In this document: piece by piece, positions 15,903 through 25,398 of the stretch
Numbering within the stretch: position 1 is the first letter of the stretch
Layout: each line of letters starts with the position of its first letter
From: Muribaculaceae bacterium
GTDB taxonomy: Bacteria; Bacteroidota; Bacteroidia; Bacteroidales; Muribaculaceae
DNA length: 64,000 nt
NCBI GenBank assembly: GCA_022509225.1
Contig: JAFLTM010000001.1
Span: 22,880-86,879, forward strand
Direction: 5' to 3'
Translations under genes and position numbers: made by a program
Notes under the pieces: generated by a model
The model's database searches: none
What the model was told of the DNA's origin: nothing
Seen by the model: only the letters and a program-made list of their open reading frames with translations

Positions 15903-16927
15903 TATTTTTCAGCTTTTTCGTCTTCAAGTATCACCGACATCCCGGGCCGTAGATTCTCGATCTTCTCAATCGGCCACGCCTTGATCTGGAAAGTGCGTGC
16001 ATCAAAATCACCTGTGGATTTCGTTGCCTGCCAGTTGGCATAAGTGCCCAAATCCTTTATATAGAAAACTTTGGCTTCGGTCTTTATATCCAGGGCCGGT
16101 ATCCTTATTTTCAACACCGTGCCCATCTTTATATTTTTAAGCAGTGTCTCCCTGACATTGAACACTACCCAATGGTCATCTTTCTGCAACGACATCAAGG
16201 GTGCGCCGGTGGCAACAAGTTCCGAGACGTTGGGATATATCTCAGTTATCTCCCCGTCGCATGGTGCGGTGAGATATTGGTCTTCAAGCAAGGCGTTCAC
16301 CTCGTTCACTCCCCCTTTAGCCACATTGACCATAGCTTCTGCAGCAACCTTGTCCTCACTTTGGGCTCCTGATTTGGCAAGGCTATACTGGCTCTCGGCA
16401 ACCCCCACCCCGGCCGTTGCCGCTTCGTAGGCAGCCTTTGCCTCGTCTCGCTTCTGTTCGCTTATCACTCCCTTCGAATAGAGGCTTTCCATCCGCTCGT
16501 AGGTCTTCTTCGCTATCCCTTCGGCTGCCTTTGCCTGCTGCAAAAGCTCGTAGGCGGAAGTTATGATCTGCGACCTCGTGCCGGCATCTACTTTAGCATT
16601 GGCAGCCTTGGCAACATTCTCCATGGCCTCAGCCTGGCCGAGTCTCGCCTCCACCAGTGTGGAAAGGATCCTCACCAACGTGTCGCCCTGCTTCACGTGG
16701 GCTCCCTCCTCAACATATATCTCCTCCACTCGTCCGGGCAACTTGCCGGAAATCCTGATCTCTGTGGCATCCACCTGCCCCTGGACTGTGTCAGGACCCT
16801 GTTTTATCACCAAAAAACCAAGGATGGCAAGCCCTGCCAAGATGATGATGACAACAATTATTGTCAGTATCAACATTTTGTCTTTTGCAGTCACTTTATC
16901 AGGCTGCGACACATTCATTGTATCCAT
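15902..16927 (-). CDS. HlyD family periplasmic adaptor
   Basis: N-terminal TM anchor, lipoyl halves (ISGKLPGRVEEIYVEEG; LTAPCDG), coiled coil and LRPGMSV. Confidence 0.92.
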   Translation of the reverse strand: MDTMNVSQPDKVTAKDKMLILTIIVVIIILAGLAILGFLVIKQGPDTVQGQVDATEIRISGKLPGRVEEIYVEEGAHVKQGDTLVRILSTLVEARLGQAEAMENVAKAANAKVDAGTRSQIITSAYELLQQAKAAEGIAKKTYERMESLYSKGVISEQKRDEAKAAYEAATAGVGVAESQYSLAKSGAQSEDKVAAEAMVNVAKGGVNEVNALLEDQYLTAPCDGEITEIYPNVSELVATGAPLMSLQKDDHWVVFNVRETLLKNIKMGTVLKIRIPALDIKTEAKVFYIKDLGTYANWQATKSTGDFDARTFQIKAWPIEKIENLRPGMSVILEDEKAEK

Positions 16928-16977
16928 TTATATCAGCTGTTTTGCTTTGTTAATTTTTTAATTCCCCTCTTTATATT

Positions 16978-18426
16978 TCATTGCTGCGGCACACCGGCAT
17001 CAAGAGTGCCGAGCACTTTCGAAAGGTAAGTGCGGGCAAGTCGTATCCCTATGCCTGCGTCGATCTTCTCTGAATTGGCAGCCACCCATGCCGTCTGGGC
17101 CATCAACACATCGTTGGTGGTGAGCACACCCTCGCGGAATGCCAGATCGGCTTGACGTAGGTTCTCGTCTGCCTTCTCCATGTTTAGCGTGGCCATCTTG
17201 TAGGTCTTTTCAGCCTCCTCAAGACTGAAACGGGCCTGGCTAACCTGAAGGCTCACCTTCTCCTCAAGATCCTCAAGCAAGAATTTCTGCGCCTTGGTGG
17301 ATGACTGCGCCGCCTTATATCGCTTATAGTCACCTCCCCAGTGCCATATCGGCACCGTGAGTGCGGCTCCCACACTGAACCCTCCTCCGAATCGTTTCCT
17401 GAATCCATCGATCACGTTCGGATTGGAAAAGGAATATGCACCCACCACAGCTATCTTCGGCAACATTTCACTCAGGCTAAGTTTCTCTCTCCCTTTAAGA
17501 AGGTTGATGGTCTGCCTCACAACCTCAAGGTCTTGACGGCGTGAATAAACTGCCTGCATGTCGGTGTCGGATATGGCTCCCACACTTTCCGGCACTCCGA
17601 GGCGTTCATCCTCAAGTTCCATCTCCGTGTCGACCGGAAGCCCGCAAATCTGAGCAAGAGCCATCCTCGACAACGTTAGCCCGTTAGTAACCTTTACAAG
17701 AGCTATCCGGGCTTCGTTCGCCCTTACTTCGGCCGACAACAGGTCGCTCTTTGTTGCCACCCCCGCCTCAACCATCGCATTCACATTATATTGCAGAGTG
17801 TCTGTTAGATTCACGAAGCTCTCAGCCAGCTTCTTCTTCTCAATAAGCGACACCACAGTCCAATACGTCTCATCAACCGTATAGACGATATCCTGGGCCA
17901 CACTGTTACTCATTGCCGACGCTATCTTCTCGCCGTAACCGGCTATCTCGTTGAGCGCCCTTATCTGACCTCCCATATAAACCGGCTGGGTGAGAGTGAA
18001 GGCTCCCGCAAAAACATTATGGATGTCGTAGCTCATGGCCTCTTTTGGTATCACGGCAACCTCCGAGGGTATGTAGCTGCCGGTTGAGGGATCCTTAACA
18101 GGCATCCCGTCGGCACCTTTCACCAGATTATATTGATACGACATCGTAGTCGGGTCGAAACTCATGGTAGGCAATTTCGCATCCTCTCCCAAAAGATTGA
18201 TAATGCGTTGATTATACATGTAAGTGCCCGTGAAATCAATACCGGGAAGATAGGCTGCACGAGCCGACTCTTTCAATCGGCCCGCCCCCTCCCGGTTTTC
18301 TTTCGCCATTTGAATCAGCTTGTTGTTCCGAAGGGCCATGTTCCGGCAGGAGTCAAGACTCACGGTTGCCGATGCCCCGAGCGTTGTGGCAATAAGTAGA
18401 AAGAATAGTGTGGTGTGTCGGTTCAT
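16978..18426 (-). CDS. TolC family outer-membrane efflux protein
   Basis: SLDSCRNMALRNN, AAYLP, LTQPVYMGG, VPIWHWG and helical repeats. Confidence 0.92.
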   Translation of the reverse strand: MNRHTTLFFLLIATTLGASATVSLDSCRNMALRNNKLIQMAKENREGAGRLKESARAAYLPGIDFTGTYMYNQRIINLLGEDAKLPTMSFDPTTMSYQYNLVKGADGMPVKDPSTGSYIPSEVAVIPKEAMSYDIHNVFAGAFTLTQPVYMGGQIRALNEIAGYGEKIASAMSNSVAQDIVYTVDETYWTVVSLIEKKKLAESFVNLTDTLQYNVNAMVEAGVATKSDLLSAEVRANEARIALVKVTNGLTLSRMALAQICGLPVDTEMELEDERLGVPESVGAISDTDMQAVYSRRQDLEVVRQTINLLKGREKLSLSEMLPKIAVVGAYSFSNPNVIDGFRKRFGGGFSVGAALTVPIWHWGGDYKRYKAAQSSTKAQKFLLEDLEEKVSLQVSQARFSLEEAEKTYKMATLNMEKADENLRQADLAFREGVLTTNDVLMAQTAWVAANSEKIDAGIGIRLARTYLSKVLGTLDAGVPQQ

Positions 18427-18445
18427 AGTGATTTTGCATGGTCTG

Positions 18446-18474
18446 CAAAATTAAATATAAAATCAGTAACTTTG
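18446..18474. promoter_or_regulatory. Back-to-back divergent -7 boxes for the tolC operon and the MATE gene
   Basis: TAATTTTG on the minus strand (18446-18453) and TAACTTTG on the plus strand (18467-18474). Confidence 0.65.
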
Positions 18475-18500
18475 CAGAACTTTTTCAGAGAAAAATTTCT

Positions 18501-19871
18501 ATGATCCCCACTGTTAAGGCACATTTCAGCGAATCTTATTTATCGGCATACAAGAGTTTGCTGAAAATAGGGTTTCCGGTGCTTGTAACCCAAATCGGTG
18601 TGATTATCGTGAGTTTCGCCGATACCATGATGGTGGGGGCATACGGTCTTGACGAGCTGGCGGCATCGGCTTTTGTCAACAGCCTTTTTCTCGTGACAAT
18701 GGTGATGCTGATGGGCTTTGCGGGCGGCGTCACTCCTATAATCGGTGCACTCTATGGAAAGGGAGACCATCAGGAGGGGGGGCGAATGCTCAGGGCCGCG
18801 GTGCTCGTAAATCTAGGCATGGCTGCCATTTTTATGGCCGTAATGGCAATCCTGTATGTTTTCATCGACAAATTCGGCCAGGATCCCGAAATCCTGCCGA
18901 TTGCAAAGGAATATTATCTAATCATCCTACCAACAATGCTCCCCATAGCGGTGTTTAACTGTTTCCAGCAGACATGCAACGGTGTCACCGACACTTCCAC
19001 CCCGATGTGGATTATTTTGGGAGCCGACTGTCTCAATGTGCTGGGAAACTATGTGTTAATTTTCGGGAAATGGGGATTCCCCGAACTTGGTCTTGCCGGT
19101 GCCGGGTGGAGCACTCTCGCCGCGAGGACTGCCGCAGCCATCGGAATCCTTGCCGTCTATGCTTTCGGCAACCGATACAGGATTTATTGGCAAACACTAG
19201 TGAAAGGTCATTCCGGCAAGTCACGTAAAATGCAGGTCTGGAAAACTTCATATCCCCTCATGGTGCAGAGCGGTGTGGAATGTGGGCTATGGTCGTTCGG
19301 AGCCGTGGTGAGCGGATGGTTCGGTAAAGTGGAACTGGCAGCCTATCAGGTTATGAACACCATCGGACAGCTTGGATTCATGACTTACATGAGCTTCGGA
19401 TGGGCAACATCCATCAAAGTGTCGAATTATACCGGCATAAATGATTTCTCAGGAGTGAGAAAAGTCACAACCGCCGGGCTTCATCTTATCCTGGTGCTTG
19501 CGACATTAGCATCCCTCGCTTTCCTCTTCTTTACCGATGAAATGGTGCATATGTTCACACCCGAGGAGAGCGTGGTGGCATACGCAATTCTAATGATACC
19601 TCCCCTTGTCCTCTACCAGTATTGCGACGGTATTCAGCTCACCTATGTCAATGCCCTCCGAGGCACCTCGAAAGTAAAACCCTTGCTCTGGATATCTATC
19701 GTCAGCTATATTGTGGCAGGAATCGGGGCTCTCATGATATTGGCGGTGCTATGCGACATGCAGACCGTTGGCGTCTATTACAGCTTCTCCGTTGCCCTTC
19801 TCACCGCCTCCGTGCTGCTTGTGCTGACTTTCCGTAAAACCGTTGCCCGTCTTGAGGCTCAGGGCGCTTGA
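18501..19871 (+). CDS. MATE family efflux transporter (NorM-like)
   Basis: About 12 TM helices, DTMMVG, LAASAF, FGKWGFPELGLAGAG and LRG motifs. The start is probably the ATG at 18501, downstream of the promoter. Confidence 0.92.
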   Translation: MIPTVKAHFSESYLSAYKSLLKIGFPVLVTQIGVIIVSFADTMMVGAYGLDELAASAFVNSLFLVTMVMLMGFAGGVTPIIGALYGKGDHQEGGRMLRAAVLVNLGMAAIFMAVMAILYVFIDKFGQDPEILPIAKEYYLIILPTMLPIAVFNCFQQTCNGVTDTSTPMWIILGADCLNVLGNYVLIFGKWGFPELGLAGAGWSTLAARTAAAIGILAVYAFGNRYRIYWQTLVKGHSGKSRKMQVWKTSYPLMVQSGVECGLWSFGAVVSGWFGKVELAAYQVMNTIGQLGFMTYMSFGWATSIKVSNYTGINDFSGVRKVTTAGLHLILVLATLASLAFLFFTDEMVHMFTPEESVVAYAILMIPPLVLYQYCDGIQLTYVNALRGTSKVKPLLWISIVSYIVAGIGALMILAVLCDMQTVGVYYSFSVALLTASVLLVLTFRKTVARLEAQGA

Positions 19872-19976
19872 AAGGGGTACTTAAATAGTGTTAAAATAAG
19901 TCTATATCTCTTTTGGATTAAGGGTTGTTTTACGATTTTTATCTTTTTTTGTAAGAAATTACCTGAAAACTGAAAA

Positions 19977-20774
19977 ATGGGTAAAATTATATCAATCGCT
20001 AATCAAAAGGGGGGTGTGGGGAAAACCACAACCGCTTTTAATCTTGGTGCATGCCTCGCCGCCGAGGGTAAAAAGGTGTTGCTCGTCGACGCCGACCCCC
20101 AGGCTAACGCAACTTCGGGAATCGGACTGAATCCCGAGGATACGGATTATTCCATCTACGAATGTCTCGTTGACGGAGTGCCTGCGGAAAAAGCCATAAG
20201 GAAAACATGTGTGGAAGGTCTTGAGGCAATAGGCTCAAGAATCGACCTCGTCGGCGCTGAAGTTGAACTCATGCGTAAACCCGAACGGGAAAGGATACTC
20301 TCTACATTGATTCATCCCCTTAAAGACCGGTATGATTTCATCATTATCGACTGCAGCCCCTCTCTCGGACTTATCACTGTCAATGCACTGACGGCATCCG
20401 ACTCCGTGCTTATTCCGGTGCAGGCGGAATATTTCGCCCTTGAAGGGATTTCACAACTGCTGAATACAATCCGCATAATCAAAAACCGTCTGAGCCCGAA
20501 ACTCGAAATCGAGGGTTTCCTGCTAACCATGTACGATGCAAGGCTACGTCTCGCAAACCAGATTTTTGAAGAACTCCGCGGTCATTTCGGAAATATGGTA
20601 TTCTCTACAGTGATACCAAGAAACATCAAACTCTCGGAATCACCCAGCCATGGCCTCCCGGTTTCAATCTACGACCCCGAAAGCCGTGGTGCCATCGCCT
20701 ACGGCCAGCTCAGCAAGGAACTGATTTCAAGAAACCGACCAAAAAAACCAGCAGCAATAAAAGATGGCAACTAA
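19977..20774 (+). CDS. parA: Chromosome partitioning ATPase ParA/Soj
   Basis: NQKGGVGKTTT, DADPQANAT, DCSPSLG, EYFALEG and IPRNIKLSESPSHG. Confidence 0.97.
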   Translation: MGKIISIANQKGGVGKTTTAFNLGACLAAEGKKVLLVDADPQANATSGIGLNPEDTDYSIYECLVDGVPAEKAIRKTCVEGLEAIGSRIDLVGAEVELMRKPERERILSTLIHPLKDRYDFIIIDCSPSLGLITVNALTASDSVLIPVQAEYFALEGISQLLNTIRIIKNRLSPKLEIEGFLLTMYDARLRLANQIFEELRGHFGNMVFSTVIPRNIKLSESPSHGLPVSIYDPESRGAIAYGQLSKELISRNRPKKPAAIKDGN

Positions 20775-21636
20775 ACGTAACGCCCTGGGCAGAGGGCTCG
20801 ACTCCCTTATCTCGATTTCCGATATCCAGACAGCAGGATCTTCGGCTATCAATGAGATCGATATCCGCAGAATCGTGCCGAACCCTAACCAGCCAAGAAG
20901 AACTTTCGACGAAGAGTCGCTGCAGGAACTCGCCGCATCTATCAAAGAGCTGGGAGTGGTGCAACCTCTTTCAGTGAGGGAAAATCCTGACGGCAACTAC
21001 CAGATTATTGCCGGGGAACGACGCTGGCGTGCCGCCGGAATGGCCGGACTATCTTCCGTGCCTGCCTATGTCAGGACCGCTTCCGATGCCGAAGTAACCG
21101 AAATGGCCCTCATTGAAAATATTCAACGTGAAGACCTTAACGCAATTGAGGTGGCGCTCGCTTTCAGAAACCTTATCGACACTTATAATCTCACTCAGGA
21201 AAGACTCTCTGAACGTCTCGGAAAAAAAAGGGCAACAATAGCCAATCATCTCCGGCTATTGAAACTCCCCGCTGAGATTCAACTCGGACTGAGAGACCAT
21301 AAACTTGACATGGGACATGCCCGGGCTCTCGTGAGTGTCGACAATCCCAAGATGCAGCTCAAACTATATAACCGTATCCTCAAAGAGGGACTCTCGGTCA
21401 GAACGGTTGAACAGCTTGCAAAAAAATACGCTGAATCGGAATGTCAGGATCTCAAACCTGCGGTGAGTCCACACTCCTTCTCCGACACACAGAAAGCCTT
21501 GTCGGAAAAATTCAAAGTGCCGGTGAAAATAAATTGCCGGGCCGACGGGAAAGGCTCCGTCTCTTTCTCTTTCGATAACTCCGAACAACTCGAAGCACTT
21601 TTAAGTATTTTTAACCGTGGAGGTGAAGCTGATTGA
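20764..21636 (+). CDS. parB: ParB/Spo0J partition protein
   Basis: ALGRGLDSLI, PNPNQPR, IAGERRWRA, ENIQREDL and an HTH. Confidence 0.97.
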   Translation: MATKRNALGRGLDSLISISDIQTAGSSAINEIDIRRIVPNPNQPRRTFDEESLQELAASIKELGVVQPLSVRENPDGNYQIIAGERRWRAAGMAGLSSVPAYVRTASDAEVTEMALIENIQREDLNAIEVALAFRNLIDTYNLTQERLSERLGKKRATIANHLRLLKLPAEIQLGLRDHKLDMGHARALVSVDNPKMQLKLYNRILKEGLSVRTVEQLAKKYAESECQDLKPAVSPHSFSDTQKALSEKFKVPVKINCRADGKGSVSFSFDNSEQLEALLSIFNRGGEAD

Positions 21637-22370
21637 AAACGCTTATCCTACATATTATCTGTATTTTCACTGGTCTTACAGCCGGGCTTCCCTCGGCAAT
21701 GGCTAAAGATTCGGGATTGGCTCGCCAAATTCCGGAAGAACCCATCGACACCGCGGCATATGTCGACGGTATGATCCTTGTCAAAACTCCCCTGGAGGCC
21801 GATGTGCCTGAAGAGGGCGACATGACCGTGGTTACTGCCGACGACTACCATCCCTACGGGCTTGACAACAAGCGGGAATTCAATCCCAGCCCCGAGAGAG
21901 CCGTTTGGATGTCGGCTCTTTTCCCGGGTTTGGGACAGATATATAACCGACGCTACTGGAAACTCCCCATTATCGTGGGAGGTTATATGGGGCTAGGCTA
22001 TGCAACCGGCTGGAACAACAGTATGCTTCAGGAATACTCCCAGGCCTACCGGGATATTCTCGACAACGACCCCTCCACAAAATCATATATGAACTTTTTC
22101 CCTCCCAACACTCCGGAGGACTCCCTGAATAAAACCTGGCTCACAAACGTGTTGAAAGCAAGACGCGATTACTACCGACGGAACCGCGACCTTTGCATTA
22201 TTTCTTGTGTGGGCCTTTATCTACTCTGTATGGTCGACGCATACGTCGACGCTTCTTTGGCCCATTTCGACATCTCTCCCGACCTCTCCCTTGACTGGGG
22301 TCCGGCTGTGGGTATCGACCCGGCTTTGCATAAAATCAATCTCGGCATCCAATGGGCCCTCAATTTTTAA
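21633..22370 (+). CDS. DUF5683 domain protein
   Basis: SALFPGLGQIYNRRYWKLPI and DAYVDA; usual position between parB and mltD. TTG start. Confidence 0.85.
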   Translation: MKTLILHIICIFTGLTAGLPSAMAKDSGLARQIPEEPIDTAAYVDGMILVKTPLEADVPEEGDMTVVTADDYHPYGLDNKREFNPSPERAVWMSALFPGLGQIYNRRYWKLPIIVGGYMGLGYATGWNNSMLQEYSQAYRDILDNDPSTKSYMNFFPPNTPEDSLNKTWLTNVLKARRDYYRRNRDLCIISCVGLYLLCMVDAYVDASLAHFDISPDLSLDWGPAVGIDPALHKINLGIQWALNF

Positions 22371-22391
22371 TTTGTAAAAAATAGTGTTTGC

Positions 22392-24020
22392 ATGAAAAGA
22401 TTTTTTTTACAGCTTTCGATGATCCTGGCGATTGTCCCGGCCATGGCGAAAAACGACAACAAGAATGTGCTCGATCTTAAACACAGCATCACCGACCCTG
22501 CCATTGTTTACCCGGAAAGCTTCGAATCCGAAACTCAAAAGATGATGGAAAGCTGGTTTATGAAAAATTACACTGCAACCGATTCCAGATATGCAACCGA
22601 ACAAGATCCTGAAGTGTCGGATGAGGTTATAATCCAACGTCTTGCCGCACTCCCAACCGTTATTGAGATGCCTTTCAACCAGATTGTGAGAAGCTATATC
22701 GACAGATACACAAAATCCGGAAGAAACAACATCCCGGTGCTCCTCGGAATGGGGCTTTACTACAATCCAATCTTTGAACAGGCTCTTGAAGAGCAGGGGC
22801 TCCCGCTTGAATTGAAATATCTGCCGGTGATCGAGTCCGGACTCGATCCAAACGCCGTGTCAAAACATGGAGCCACCGGACTGTGGCAATTCATGCTTAA
22901 CACAGCCAAGGGGCTCGGAATGGAGGTGAACAGCCTTGTGGATGAACGACGCGACCCCTATCTCTCGTCGGAACTCGCCGCATCTTATCTAAAAGGACTC
23001 TATGACTCCTACGGCGACTGGAGCCTCGCTATCGCAGCCTATAATTGCGGACCCGGCACTGTCAACAAGGCAATCAGAAGAGCCGGTGGCGAAACTTCCG
23101 ACCATGATTTCTGGTCGATCTATAATTTTCTCCCGGAAGAAACAAGAGGATATGTGCCGATGTTCATTGCCGCAAACTATGTAATGACCTATTATCCCGA
23201 GCATAATATTTCGCCGGTGCTCCCAACCGCCCCTCTCGTTATGGACACCATCCATATAACAGACAGAATTCATTTCGATCAGGTGGCAAGCGTGCTCGAC
23301 ATTCCGGTGGAGGAACTTCGAATTTTAAATCCCCAATACAGAGCCGACATTATACCGGGGTCAACGGATTATCCCCGTAATTTCATCCTTCCCTCCCAAC
23401 AGATACATGCCTATCTGATGAGCGAGGAGGATATCAGAAATTACGATGCCGCCAAATACACTCAACGAACCGTGGTGGATCCGGGTGAGGCACCTGCCGA
23501 TGCTCTCATTGCCGTGGAAGAAGACACCGATATATGGGCCGAACCGATTAAAACCGCCAATAGTAACGACACCACCTCTTCACAAAAATCAATCATAATC
23601 CATAAAGTGAAAGCCGGCGAGTCTCTTGCCTCAATTGCACAATTGTATGAAGTTACCCCCGAAGAAATAAAATCATCAAACAATCTTAGAAGAAATGCAG
23701 TGAGAGTGGGCCAGCAGCTCAGAATCAGCACCTCTGCAGCACAAGGAGCAATGGAGACTGCCGTGGCATCCGTGACCGGAACGGCACAAACCAAAGCACC
23801 GGCTGCGAAAAAGAACACGTCAACCGCTTCATCCCAGAAAAAAACATCTTCAACCACAAGCCATAAGGTGAAGTCGGGCGAAAACCTTTCCCTCATTGCT
23901 AAAAAATACGGCGTCACCGTAAATGCAATCAAGCAGGCAAACGGCATGAAGAGCGACAGAATCCAAGCCGGGGCAACAATAAAAATTCCCGCCAAACAGA
24001 CGGGAAAAAGAAAAAGGTAA
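22392..24020 (+). CDS. mltD: Lytic murein transglycosylase with two LysM domains (MltD-like)
   Basis: LPVIES catalytic Glu, GLWQFM, AAYNCG, ETRGYVP and two HKVKxGE LysM repeats. Confidence 0.93.
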   Translation: MKRFFLQLSMILAIVPAMAKNDNKNVLDLKHSITDPAIVYPESFESETQKMMESWFMKNYTATDSRYATEQDPEVSDEVIIQRLAALPTVIEMPFNQIVRSYIDRYTKSGRNNIPVLLGMGLYYNPIFEQALEEQGLPLELKYLPVIESGLDPNAVSKHGATGLWQFMLNTAKGLGMEVNSLVDERRDPYLSSELAASYLKGLYDSYGDWSLAIAAYNCGPGTVNKAIRRAGGETSDHDFWSIYNFLPEETRGYVPMFIAANYVMTYYPEHNISPVLPTAPLVMDTIHITDRIHFDQVASVLDIPVEELRILNPQYRADIIPGSTDYPRNFILPSQQIHAYLMSEEDIRNYDAAKYTQRTVVDPGEAPADALIAVEEDTDIWAEPIKTANSNDTTSSQKSIIIHKVKAGESLASIAQLYEVTPEEIKSSNNLRRNAVRVGQQLRISTSAAQGAMETAVASVTGTAQTKAPAAKKNTSTASSQKKTSSTTSHKVKSGENLSLIAKKYGVTVNAIKQANGMKSDRIQAGATIKIPAKQTGKRKR

Positions 24021-24030
24021 ACTTCTTTGC

Positions 24031-24585
24031 TTACTCACATCCGCAGTTGCCGGAGTCGCAACCCCCTTCGCAACCGCCGCCACCACATCCACCGCAACAT
24101 CCTCCTTGCGGAAGATCTTCCGGTGTTGAGTCTCTTACTTCAACAACCTCTCCCTTATAGGTAACGGTCAGCCCGGCGAAAGGATGGTTGAAATCCATCT
24201 TGATCTTGTCGCCTATCTCCATGATCTTGCCTTGAACCCGTAGATTATCGGCTGTCATCATTGGCAAAACAGCTCCCACTTTAACCTCGTCGGCAAGCTT
24301 GCCATCTCTCATGAAGATCTCCTTGTCCAGGGTCATAATGTATTCCGGATCAGGATCTCCGAACGCAGCCACAGGTGGCAGCGTAACCTCAAACTTGTCT
24401 CCTTTCCCAAGACCTTCCAACGTCGCCATCAGACCCGGCACAATCCCGGGTGTCACACCGAACACCATCTCATCGGGGGCATCCTTAGGTGTCTCGAATA
24501 ATAACGACCCGTCTTTATCATTATATAATTTATAGGCATATTCAACAAATTTGCCCGGACCTACTGTCTCTCTTTTCTCTTCCAT
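24031..24585 (-). CDS. slyD: FKBP-type peptidyl-prolyl isomerase SlyD
   Basis: DFNHPFAG motif and a Cys/Gly-rich C-terminal tail. Confidence 0.9.
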   Translation of the reverse strand: MEEKRETVGPGKFVEYAYKLYNDKDGSLLFETPKDAPDEMVFGVTPGIVPGLMATLEGLGKGDKFEVTLPPVAAFGDPDPEYIMTLDKEIFMRDGKLADEVKVGAVLPMMTADNLRVQGKIMEIGDKIKMDFNHPFAGLTVTYKGEVVEVRDSTPEDLPQGGCCGGCGGGGCEGGCDSGNCGCE

Positions 24586-24600
24586 CTTTTATCTTTTTGT

Positions 24601-25386
24601 TTATTGTTCTTCTTCATCACGCCATAACTCGGGATGTTTCATCTCATACTGAGCCTGAGGAACCTCTACATTGAAATAAAATCCCTGTGCCACTTTGTCG
24701 CGAAGCCTCCGCCGAGTCTCCTCATCCGGCCTCACAGTGAGATAATCATATCCCGGCTCGATAAAATCGGCATCTGTCGCTTCATATCCCAAAAGCCTGA
24801 CCATGTCGTATTCATGAACCGGATAAATCACATACCAGGCATTCTCCAAATCCTCGCCGGTGCCCGTGCTTTTTATAGCACCCAACAGATGTTCAAGCCT
24901 GTATTCCCAAATCTTGGCACTCATGTCTTTACGCTTTTCCTTCAAAACATGTACCAAAAAAGACATCTGTCTTAAATCAAACGGATTGTCGCGCAAAGAA
25001 AGTTCCGCATATTTCCGGATTGTGTCTATCTCCTCCTTCGAATGTATCTTCTTGAGACGCAAATCATCGGTTACTCCCGAATAGGGCGAAACGCGGTAGG
25101 GGTCATAATCCTCCTGGAACATATATCCCAGATAGAAATATCTGTATTCATCATTGGTCATAACCGTGTCGTTACGGTTGTATTTTGCCATGAGCTTGGG
25201 GAAATAATACACGCTTTGAGGGTCAAGTGTCTTTTGCTTTATATCCTCGAGATCCGGTTTCTCTATTGTTATTTTCCGTTTGTTCTGTGTTTCCCCGTTC
25301 GTTGCGGTCTGTGCGTTCCCTGCAGCCGATAGAGTCATGGCTGCCAGCACTGTCAATAATATTCGCTTTATCTTGTGTTGTTTCAT
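24601..25386 (-). CDS. DUF4919 domain protein
   Basis: YYFPKLM, YRYFYLGYMFQEDYDPY and STGTG...NAWYVI...HEY. Confidence 0.8.
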   Translation of the reverse strand: MKQHKIKRILLTVLAAMTLSAAGNAQTATNGETQNKRKITIEKPDLEDIKQKTLDPQSVYYFPKLMAKYNRNDTVMTNDEYRYFYLGYMFQEDYDPYRVSPYSGVTDDLRLKKIHSKEEIDTIRKYAELSLRDNPFDLRQMSFLVHVLKEKRKDMSAKIWEYRLEHLLGAIKSTGTGEDLENAWYVIYPVHEYDMVRLLGYEATDADFIEPGYDYLTVRPDEETRRRLRDKVAQGFYFNVEVPQAQYEMKHPELWRDEEEQ

Positions 25387-25398
25387 CTCTTATATCAT

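Noticed and set aside
19872-21636. parS site or replication origin near parAB
   Set aside because: I saw no TGTTTCACGTGAAACA-like palindrome or DnaA-box cluster in the intergenic regions read.
24031-24110. Cys/Gly-rich repetitive tail of SlyD
   Set aside because: A metal-binding low-complexity tail is a normal SlyD feature.
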